The notes under the pieces are model-generated. The model saw nothing but the letters and a program-made list of their open reading frames with translations. It searched no databases and was not told the DNA's origin. The translations under genes were made by a program, and so were the position numbers. A DNA stretch of 64,000 nt from Bacilli bacterium (GTDB taxonomy: Bacteria; Bacillota_I; Bacilli_A; RF39; UBA660): the NCBI GenBank assembly GCA_017433415.1, contig JAFRHI010000027.1, positions 20,615 to 84,614 of the forward strand. Reading direction: 5' to 3'. Below, piece after piece: positions 19,897-27,187 of the stretch; positions within the stretch are counted from its first letter, which is position 1; every line of letters starts with the position of its first letter.

Positions 19897-20291
19897 AATC
19901 ATATAAATCAGATAGAAAAAATAATAAAAAAGCGATTAGAAAAATTCAAAAATTAATTGATTCTTCAAAATTAAATCCTTTTATTTTATTTCATTATACA
20001 GCTCTAAAAGAATCAGAATTAGAAAGTAATAGAGAATCAATGGTAAGTTTAATTAAATATAATAATAAGGTTATTTCACAATTAAAAGAAGAAATAAAAG
20101 ATAAAAATATTTGCGAAGTTCATAAAGAAATTGTTAAAAAATATATTGATGAATTGGAGTATTCTAATGGAACTTCTAAGGAAGTTATTAGAATAATAAA
20201 TCTTAAAAAAAGAGAATTTTATCATAAAAAATTACAAAAAAATTACAATAAATTTTTCAAAAAAAATACTAAACTGTCAGCGACTATTTAG
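19893..20291 (+). CDS. hypothetical basic protein adjacent to the candidate oriT
   Basis: 132 aa, Lys-rich; ATGA overlap upstream. Confidence 0.5.
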   Translation: MKSYKSDRKNNKKAIRKIQKLIDSSKLNPFILFHYTALKESELESNRESMVSLIKYNNKVISQLKEEIKDKNICEVHKEIVKKYIDELEYSNGTSKEVIRIINLKKREFYHKKLQKNYNKFFKKNTKLSATI

Positions 20292-20406
20292 TGGGTTTTA
20301 GGGATATTCCCTAACAAGCTTAGGGGTGTGTCAACACCATGCTTGATAGATTATATTTCTATACTCTGTAAGGGGTACTTTCTACTGAAGTTAGAAAGGA
20401 GCAAAT
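20292..20406. other. candidate origin of transfer (oriT)
   Basis: 115-nt, relatively GC-richer intergenic region just upstream of the relaxosome genes. Hairpins: ttaggga-tat-tccctaa (20298-20314); aagc..ggtgt-gtca-acacc..gctt (20316-20344); ctttcta-N7-tagaaag (20378-20398). Confidence 0.45.
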
Positions 20407-20967
20407 ATGGAATTTAAAGTTCAGGAAAAGTGGAGAGTACAGCAAAAATTTAATATGAGTGATAAGCAGATAGATATGGCAATAAAAAAGATGATAAAAA
20501 GACATCCGTTAGAAGAATGGATAGATGAGAGAATAGCATCAAATGGTCAAAGAGTTGTATATTTTAAATTAGAGTTTGTTGAATGGTTAAGAGATGTATA
20601 TTCAAATGGAAAAAAGTATTATTTAGATTTGGATATAGAATTTTTCAAAAGACAAATTTTACGATTAGAAAAAGAACTAGGTATCCCTCATAAAGAGCTA
20701 GAGTATAATCCTATGACGGTTAGAGAATTGTCTGTTTTTTTTGATAGAAGCATTAATACAATATATGTAGCATTAATTCGTATGAGAAAAAATAATTTTT
20801 CTCAACAATATTTAGATGATGGAAAAGTTTTAGTTTCAAAAGAAGGAGTTAAATGGTTAAGTGAAAATTATTTTCGTACTTCATATTTAGAAAATTTAGA
20901 ATTATATAAATTAGATCTTCAAGAAAAGAAAAGGATAATGTATGAACAATCAAGACGAAAAATATAA
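20407..20967 (+). CDS. putative DNA-binding protein, possible relaxosome accessory factor
   Basis: 186 aa; two internally similar segments (...GQRVVYFKLEFVEWLRDVY / ...DGKVLVSKEGVKWLSENYF); HTH-like MTVRELSVFFDRSINTIYVALIRMRK; position between oriT and mobC-like gene. Confidence 0.35.
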   Translation: MEFKVQEKWRVQQKFNMSDKQIDMAIKKMIKRHPLEEWIDERIASNGQRVVYFKLEFVEWLRDVYSNGKKYYLDLDIEFFKRQILRLEKELGIPHKELEYNPMTVRELSVFFDRSINTIYVALIRMRKNNFSQQYLDDGKVLVSKEGVKWLSENYFRTSYLENLELYKLDLQEKKRIMYEQSRRKI

Positions 20968-21742
20968 CAAATTAAGAAGACAAAAGATTAATGTGATGCT
21001 TAATGAAGAAGAACGAAAAATAATTAAAGAAAAAGCTATTAAGTATGGCTTTGGAGATTGCTTAGCTGAATATATAAGAGCAGCCTGTATATATGAAAAT
21101 ATTTATATTGAGGATGTTCATGGAAAAGAAAAAGTTTGCAACAAGGTTAGTGAATATATAAAAGAATTGAGAGAAATATTAAATGCTCAAAGAAAATTAA
21201 TGAAAAATGTTTTTCTGACAAAAGATGATATTGATAAAATAAAAAATCAAAATCAACAAATCATAGAAAAGATAGGCAGATTATCAAGAATAATAATTTC
21301 TTCATTGTCTGTTGTTTCGGAAAAGAAAATTCAACAAAGAATTAATATGATAGAAAAATATGATTCAGATAAACTAATACCTAAGATACAAATAGCTGGT
21401 GAATGGGGATTGGTGTTAAGACCTTCTAATTTATATCATCCTAATGAACCAGCTATATATATTGTTTTTCTACCAGAATACTATGATGAAATTGAAATCA
21501 ATAATTTTGATCCAGATAAGTTTAAAGAAAAAATTGATAACTATCGTCATATTGCTATGAAAAAGGAATTATATATTTCTATATATCATTTCAATGACAA
21601 ATTAAGATATGGTATTGTGATGCCTTTTGTAGATAAAGAATCAGCAACAAAATATGCAGAAGAAATGGAAGCAGATTATGTCTATGATTTATATAGTCAG
21701 CAAGTTGAAATGGATGGTGATATTTATTCCAGCAACAGCTAG
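20942..21742 (+). CDS. MobC-like relaxosome protein with long C-terminal extension
   Basis: 266 aa; N-terminal RRQKINVMLNEEERKIIKEKAIKYGFGDCLAEYIRAA resembles the MobC/RHH mobilisation signature; directly upstream of the relaxase. Confidence 0.55.
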   Translation: MNNQDEKYNKLRRQKINVMLNEEERKIIKEKAIKYGFGDCLAEYIRAACIYENIYIEDVHGKEKVCNKVSEYIKELREILNAQRKLMKNVFLTKDDIDKIKNQNQQIIEKIGRLSRIIISSLSVVSEKKIQQRINMIEKYDSDKLIPKIQIAGEWGLVLRPSNLYHPNEPAIYIVFLPEYYDEIEINNFDPDKFKEKIDNYRHIAMKKELYISIYHFNDKLRYGIVMPFVDKESATKYAEEMEADYVYDLYSQQVEMDGDIYSSNS

Positions 21743-23402
21743 ATGGTCAGTGCACGGAGTGAAGGGAAGAATTGATTGTATTAACTATATTAAAAATCCA
21801 GATAAAACAAAAGACGGAACTTTAGTAACTGGAATAAACTGTTCTTCAGAATTTGCAGCTTATGAGATGCAGATAAATAGTCAAAAATTCCGTATTGAAG
21901 AAGACAATGATAGTAGAACTTGCTATCATGCTTATCAATCATTTGATCCGAAAGAGAAAAATTTAACTCCAGAAGAAGTGCATCAAATGGGAATAGAACT
22001 GGCTAAGAGATTATACCCTGATTTTCAAGTAGTAGTATGTACTCATGTAGACCATTTGCATTTGCATAATCACTTTTGCATATCAGCAGTAAATCTAAAA
22101 GGTAGAAAACTAGAAGACAGATTATCAAATCCTATTGAAGGTTTATATGGATTAAGAGATGTAAGTGATCAGATTGCATTAGAACACGGACTTCATATAA
22201 TTAAAGACGCTCCTAAGATTGGACATTATCATAAGAATAAATACTTATATGATATTGCTAACAAATCTTGGAGGCAACAAATTATAGAAATGATTGATAC
22301 ATTAAAAGATAGATGCTATTCATTTGATGAGCTATTAGAACAACTTGCTTTAGAAGGATATTTAATTAAGCATGGTAAAAATATTCGTATAAAACCTTAT
22401 GGCAAAGAAAGATATGTAACAATGAAAATATTAGGTGATGATTATAGTGAAGAAGCATTAAAACTATTTTTTAGAGAAAAGAGAAAAAATCAAAAGGTTA
22501 TTAATTTTGGAGAATATAAATTAAATGTGAATGATAGTGATATTTTAAATATATATGATCAATTAGCAAGACTATCAAAACATTCAGTTTTATATACTAT
22601 GCAAGATTTGGATTTAAATTCAGATTATTACAAATATTATAATTCTCGCTATTTAGAAGTTAAGCGTTATCATCAATTAGTAGATACTATTAATTTTTTA
22701 AATAATCACGAAATATACAATTATGATTCATTAGAAAATCAAATAGACCAAATAAAGAATGAAATTGAAGAAAGGGAAGAAGAATATCATTCTTTATTAT
22801 CTAAACACGAAACATTACAATTAAGAGTTCCATTATGCAATTTATATATTAAATATTTAGATGATTATAATGGATACTTAGAACAACAAGATATATATCC
22901 AGTTGATGCTGAACTACCTAATGAAGTAAAAGCTTTTTTAGATGTAAAAGCAGAATTGAATGTTGATACTCCTGAAGAAGTAGAAGATATTATCTCAGAA
23001 GCGAATAAGATGAAAATTGATATGAATAAAAAATATGCTTATTTATCTTATTTAAAAAACAAAGCTAGTGAATTAGAGAAAATAAAAGGAATTTCATTAG
23101 AGAACGAAAAAGGATATATTAAAAGTATATCTATTAGTAAAAAGATGATTGATGAAAAACGCTCATCATCAGATGAATATTGTGTCCGTATTCCATATAG
23201 TGAATACTTTTTTTATGTTCCTAAAAAAAGTGTTGCATGGATTAGTTATGACACTAGAGGAATTATTTATTTGGTAGATGATAAAGAGTATATATTATAT
23301 GATCAGTATGATAAAGAAGTAGAAAGAGTAAATGGAGAAGAAGTGGAAAAAATATCACAGGAAGAAAAGAAAAAAGTAAACGAATATTATAAAGGAAAAT
23401 AA
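21714..23402 (+). CDS. MobA/VirD2-family conjugative relaxase
   Basis: His-rich motif HVDHLHLHNHFCISAVN; CYHAYQSFDP motif. The track ORF begins at 21654 inside the upstream gene; ATG 21714 (MVIFIPATARW...) is more plausible. Confidence 0.8.
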   Translation: MVIFIPATARWSVHGVKGRIDCINYIKNPDKTKDGTLVTGINCSSEFAAYEMQINSQKFRIEEDNDSRTCYHAYQSFDPKEKNLTPEEVHQMGIELAKRLYPDFQVVVCTHVDHLHLHNHFCISAVNLKGRKLEDRLSNPIEGLYGLRDVSDQIALEHGLHIIKDAPKIGHYHKNKYLYDIANKSWRQQIIEMIDTLKDRCYSFDELLEQLALEGYLIKHGKNIRIKPYGKERYVTMKILGDDYSEEALKLFFREKRKNQKVINFGEYKLNVNDSDILNIYDQLARLSKHSVLYTMQDLDLNSDYYKYYNSRYLEVKRYHQLVDTINFLNNHEIYNYDSLENQIDQIKNEIEEREEEYHSLLSKHETLQLRVPLCNLYIKYLDDYNGYLEQQDIYPVDAELPNEVKAFLDVKAELNVDTPEEVEDIISEANKMKIDMNKKYAYLSYLKNKASELEKIKGISLENEKGYIKSISISKKMIDEKRSSSDEYCVRIPYSEYFFYVPKKSVAWISYDTRGIIYLVDDKEYILYDQYDKEVERVNGEEVEKISQEEKKKVNEYYKGK

Positions 23403-23416
23403 GGAGATGATAAAAA

Positions 23417-24157
23417 TTGAGTATTGCTAAAAAAATGAATTATTATTTTAAAGGATTAAAAGAACCACCAAAGTTTGTATATAACGCTGAAGATAGAAAA
23501 CTATTTGAAGAATACATTAAAGAGAATATAGGCAATTTTGATAAAGTTTATCATGAATTATATTCTCCAGATGTTCATTTAGATATTTTAATCATTCCAC
23601 CAGATTCTAAAAATAATTTTTATAAATTAGTTACAAGAGGATTAGGTGCTTATAAAATGAATGTTCCAGATGTTATAAAGGATGAAAGATTAGATAGAGC
23701 AGAATTAATTTTATATTTACCACCAGATTGGAATTTTGATTTTGAAAAAGAAGAAAATGGATGGGTTATAAGTCAAATAAAGAATATTGCTAGAACTCCT
23801 ATAATGGAAGATTCTTGGATAGGATTTGGTCATACTTTTTCTGAAGATGAGAAGGCAACAATACCATTTGCAAGTAATACAAAGTTTTCTAGTACACTTT
23901 TGCTCAACGCTTTAAATAAAGATTACGAGTTTTTAGATTTAACATTACCTAGTAAAGGTAGAATTAATTTTTATCAAATATTTCCTTTATATAAGGAAGA
24001 AATGCTATATAAACAACAAAATGGTGTAGAAGCATTGATGGAATTATTTTCCGATGAAGATCTTATTCCTGTTGTAAATATTAGTAGGAAAAACTACTGT
24101 GATGACTTAATAAATAAAAATATAGAAAAAGAAGAGGAGAACGAAATAGAGATATGA
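23417..24157 (+). CDS. SUFU-like (suppressor-of-fused family) immunity-type protein
   Basis: 246 aa; TTG start after aaggag; ...YKLVTRGLGAYKMNVP...AELILYLPPDWNFD...WVISQIKNIARTP... resembles bacterial SUFU-like domains; tail EENEIEI. Confidence 0.5.
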   Translation: MSIAKKMNYYFKGLKEPPKFVYNAEDRKLFEEYIKENIGNFDKVYHELYSPDVHLDILIIPPDSKNNFYKLVTRGLGAYKMNVPDVIKDERLDRAELILYLPPDWNFDFEKEENGWVISQIKNIARTPIMEDSWIGFGHTFSEDEKATIPFASNTKFSSTLLLNALNKDYEFLDLTLPSKGRINFYQIFPLYKEEMLYKQQNGVEALMELFSDEDLIPVVNISRKNYCDDLINKNIEKEEENEIEI

Positions 24158-24444
24158 AATATTTAGATAACGAATTAGATTTAATTGATCATATTCTATA
24201 TAAACACAAAATTTATGATATAAATCTAGAATATGATGATGACAATAATATAATTGCTTATGATGAAGATAATAAATGGAAAGGCAAGGAATTCTATGAT
24301 TTCTTATATGATGAAGTCTTTGTTTATAATAGTCATGGCATGGTTGATTTATTAACTAGAGAAGAATTAAGACATTTAGATGAATATAGAAAGAAATATG
24401 AAATATCGAATGAAAAAGAACTAAATGAGGAGATAGAAAAATAA
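24154..24444 (+). CDS. hypothetical protein (tail NEEIEK)
   Basis: 96 aa; ATGA overlap upstream. Confidence 0.5.
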   Translation: MKYLDNELDLIDHILYKHKIYDINLEYDDDNNIIAYDEDNKWKGKEFYDFLYDEVFVYNSHGMVDLLTREELRHLDEYRKKYEISNEKELNEEIEK

Positions 24445-24446
24445 AT

Positions 24447-25187
24447 ATGAAAAAAATAAAAATACTTTTTTTATTAGTATTATTATCTTCCTTGATATAC
24501 TGTGCATTTAGAATATATAAAATATACAAAGAAGAAAAAGATGCAGTAGATATTAAAGAAGAATTAATTGAGTTAATAGATATTCCTGAGATACCACCTG
24601 AAGAACCATCATTTAGTGTTGACTTTACTGAATTAAAAAATATCAACCCAGATGTTGTTGGTTGGATTGTAGTTGAAGGAACACAAATTAATTATCCTAT
24701 TGTTCAAGGAAAAAATAATTCATTTTATTTAAATCATTCCTATGATAAGAAATGGAGTGGATTTGGAAGTATTTTTATGGATTATAAATCCTCATCTGAT
24801 TTTACTGATTACAATACTTTTATATATGGTCATCACACGAAAGATGGTTCAATGTTTGGCGAATTATATAAATATTTGGATGAGGGATTTTATAATGCTC
24901 AGCCATTTTTTTATTTATATACTCCTACTAAAAATTATAGAGTAGAAGTATTTAGTGCTTATGTTAATAAGAGTGACTCCGATTCATATAAAGATAAATT
25001 CTCTTCAATAGATGATTATCAAATGTATTTAAATTATATAATTGATAAAAGTAATTACAAAACAAATACCAAGATTGATGTCAATAAAGATAAAATAATT
25101 ACATTATATTCTTGTTCAAGAGAAGGTAATTGGGCGAAAAATGACAGGTATTTTATACATGGAAAACTCATAGATTTAAACGAGTAG
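24447..25187 (+). CDS. sortase (class B-like), ICE-encoded
   Basis: 246 aa; N-terminal TM; His motif FIYGHH; Cys motif IITLYSCS. Paralogous to the chromosomal ORF 54563..55549. Confidence 0.75.
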   Translation: MKKIKILFLLVLLSSLIYCAFRIYKIYKEEKDAVDIKEELIELIDIPEIPPEEPSFSVDFTELKNINPDVVGWIVVEGTQINYPIVQGKNNSFYLNHSYDKKWSGFGSIFMDYKSSSDFTDYNTFIYGHHTKDGSMFGELYKYLDEGFYNAQPFFYLYTPTKNYRVEVFSAYVNKSDSDSYKDKFSSIDDYQMYLNYIIDKSNYKTNTKIDVNKDKIITLYSCSREGNWAKNDRYFIHGKLIDLNE

Positions 25188-25212
25188 TGCTATTGCAATG
25201 AAAGGAGATTAA

Positions 25213-25332
25213 ATGAATAAACAATTAAATATTAATTTATATTTTGATGATAAAGGTGAAGATATTAAAGAAGTGTTAGCTCGTGATTTTAAAGAGTTTT
25301 TGAATAGCTATATTAAAAAAGTTTTAAAGTAG
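25213..25332 (+). CDS. small ORF (39 aa) upstream of the recombinase, not in the supplied track
   Basis: ATG at 25213 preceded by aaaggag; MNKQLNINLYFDDKGEDIKEVLARDFKEFLNSYIKKVLK; stop TAG 25330-25332. Confidence 0.35.
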   Translation: MNKQLNINLYFDDKGEDIKEVLARDFKEFLNSYIKKVLK

Positions 25333-25372
25333 TTTTAAGAAGTAGAAGTATTTAGAAGTAAATATTCAAATA

Positions 25373-25464
25373 AGGATTCATTTTTATACTTCTCGTGTTA
25401 TAATAATATTGTAACAAGTAGTTATGAGAGATGGTCTTTAAAATGAATCCTCCAATTATGGAGG
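25373..25464 (+). promoter_or_regulatory. recombinase leader: extended -10 promoter flanked by a 12-nt inverted repeat, plus an SD-sequestering hairpin
   Basis: aggattcatttt (25373-25384) / aaaatgaatcct (25440-25451); TGnTATAAT at 25396-25404; cctcca-atta-tggagg (25449-25464) pairs the SD of the recombinase gene. Confidence 0.45.
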
Positions 25465-25473
25465 AGGAATGAT

Positions 25474-27114
25474 ATGAACTTTGATAGTGCTTCATTAAAA
25501 AACTTATTGAGCATTTATTCACCTGAAGAAATAGCTAAATATATAAGACTGTCTTTGGCTGATGAATATAATCAGAATGATGAAAGTGAGAGTGTTGCCA
25601 ATCAAAGAAGATTATTAAATGAATTTATTGATAGGAATGGAAATGTTGGAGAAAAGTGTAAAGAATTTATAGATGATGGATGTTCTGGAACTAACTTTGA
25701 AAGACCTGGATGGCAAGATTTAATGTCAGAAGCTGAAAGTGGTAAGATAAAAGTAATCATCACCAAAAACCTTTCAAGACTTGGAAGAAGTAATTTTGAG
25801 TGTGGATATTTTATAGATTATTACTTTCCTACAAATAACATTAGATATATTGCTGTTCAAGAACAAATAGATACAGCCAATCAAGAAAATTCTAATAATG
25901 AATATGCTGCATTAAATAACTTTATAAATGAAAAGTATTCAAGAGATTTATCAAAGAATATTAAGAAGGTTTATAAGATTAAGCAATATGCTGGTGAATA
26001 TATGGGAGGACATCCTATATTTGGATATGCAAAAGATCCTAATGATAAACACAAGTTAATTATTGATGAAGAAGCAGCAAAAATTGTAAGAAGAATTTTC
26101 TCATTATATTTAGAACACCGTTCTCAAAATAAAATCAGAACTATTTTCAGTAATGAAAAAATACCAATTCCAGAGGTTTATAAAGGTTCGAGAAGAGGAC
26201 TTAAAGCAAAACAACCCTATGAATGGAATTACAGAACTATAAGAGATATTCTAAGAAATGAAATGTATATTGGTAATATGGTACAAAATGTTTTTTCAAA
26301 GAAAAGTTTTAGAGAAAAGAAAATGACAAAAAATAAAAAAGAAGACTGGATAATAGTTGAAGGAACACATGAACCAATTATTGACAAAGAAACATTTTAT
26401 CAAGTTCAAGAATTATTGGATGCGAATTATAGACAACCTGTAAAACCATATCCACACGAATTTGCTGGATTATTATACTGTCATGAATGTGGTCATAAAA
26501 TTGGTATAGGAAATGTTAAAAGGGATAGGGATGAAAGTAAACAATATTTTTACACTTATTGTAATTATTATAGAAAGAATAGTGCTTATAATAAATGTTC
26601 ACCACATTCTTTAAACTATAATAATTTAGAAGCTCAACTATTAGATATTATAGATGACTTATGTAAGAAATTTATTAAGCAATTAGATTACGACACATTG
26701 GTTAATGAAAGAAAGCAAGGTCTTAATACTTATAGCGATACTTTAATAAAGAAAATTAATAAACTTCATATTGATGTAAAAGAAATAGATCTTAAAATTG
26801 AAAAGATCTATATGGACAGACTTGATGATATTATATCAGCAGACACTTATAAAAAAATGAGTGAAAAATTGGAATCAAAAAAAGCAGAATTAATTAGCGA
26901 AACAAACGAATTACAAAAAAGTTATGATGACTATATGGAAGATAATTCCGTAGAAAAAGTTTTGGAAACAACTAAGATTGTAAAAGAGTATATGAAAGCA
27001 AGAAAAAACGAGAAGAGAGATTTGTTGCTAAAAATAGTGGATAGAGTAGAAATATATCAAGACAAAACAATTGATGTTCATTTTAAACTCAAACCACTAG
27101 GAATTACAATGTGA
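25474..27114 (+). CDS. large serine recombinase (ICE integrase/excisionase)
   Basis: 546 aa; resolvase domain YIRLSLADE, DDGCSGTNFERPG, NLSRLGRS; recombinase domain; Cys-rich zinc ribbon CHECGHK...CNYY...C; C-terminal coiled coil. Terminal gene of the element. Confidence 0.9.
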   Translation: MNFDSASLKNLLSIYSPEEIAKYIRLSLADEYNQNDESESVANQRRLLNEFIDRNGNVGEKCKEFIDDGCSGTNFERPGWQDLMSEAESGKIKVIITKNLSRLGRSNFECGYFIDYYFPTNNIRYIAVQEQIDTANQENSNNEYAALNNFINEKYSRDLSKNIKKVYKIKQYAGEYMGGHPIFGYAKDPNDKHKLIIDEEAAKIVRRIFSLYLEHRSQNKIRTIFSNEKIPIPEVYKGSRRGLKAKQPYEWNYRTIRDILRNEMYIGNMVQNVFSKKSFREKKMTKNKKEDWIIVEGTHEPIIDKETFYQVQELLDANYRQPVKPYPHEFAGLLYCHECGHKIGIGNVKRDRDESKQYFYTYCNYYRKNSAYNKCSPHSLNYNNLEAQLLDIIDDLCKKFIKQLDYDTLVNERKQGLNTYSDTLIKKINKLHIDVKEIDLKIEKIYMDRLDDIISADTYKKMSEKLESKKAELISETNELQKSYDDYMEDNSVEKVLETTKIVKEYMKARKNEKRDLLLKIVDRVEIYQDKTIDVHFKLKPLGITM

Positions 27115-27128
27115 TATAGATGATTGCC

Positions 27129-27151
27129 ATGGTGATAATTTTTTTATCACC
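27129..27151. repeat. perfect palindrome TGGTGATAA-TTTTT-TTATCACCA overlapping repeat copy 1
   Basis: Read directly; 15 nt after the recombinase stop. Candidate recombinase binding or att half-sites. Confidence 0.6.
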
Positions 27152-27160
27152 AACGGTAAT
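27139..27160 (+). repeat. 22-nt direct repeat, copy 1 (ttttttatcaccaacggtaatc)
   Basis: Identical to 27199-27220; start-to-start spacing is 60 nt. Confidence 0.9.
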
Positions 27161-27187
27161 CGGTAATGTGCTTACTATTAGTGATAA

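Noticed and set aside
21654-21713. Track start codon for the relaxase
   Set aside because: It would overlap the upstream gene by 89 nt and add a non-relaxase-like leader. ATG 21714 gives the usual N-terminus, although the true start remains unverified.
12497-24444. Acidic tails explained purely as embedded Shine-Dalgarno/ATGA coupling or AT-rich codon bias
   Set aside because: Only partly accepted. Coupling explains the five ATATGA junctions and one chromosomal case. It does not explain identical tails in front of spacers with independent SDs, nor the near-absence of such tails among T4SS and chromosomal proteins. The observation is kept as a finding with this caveat.
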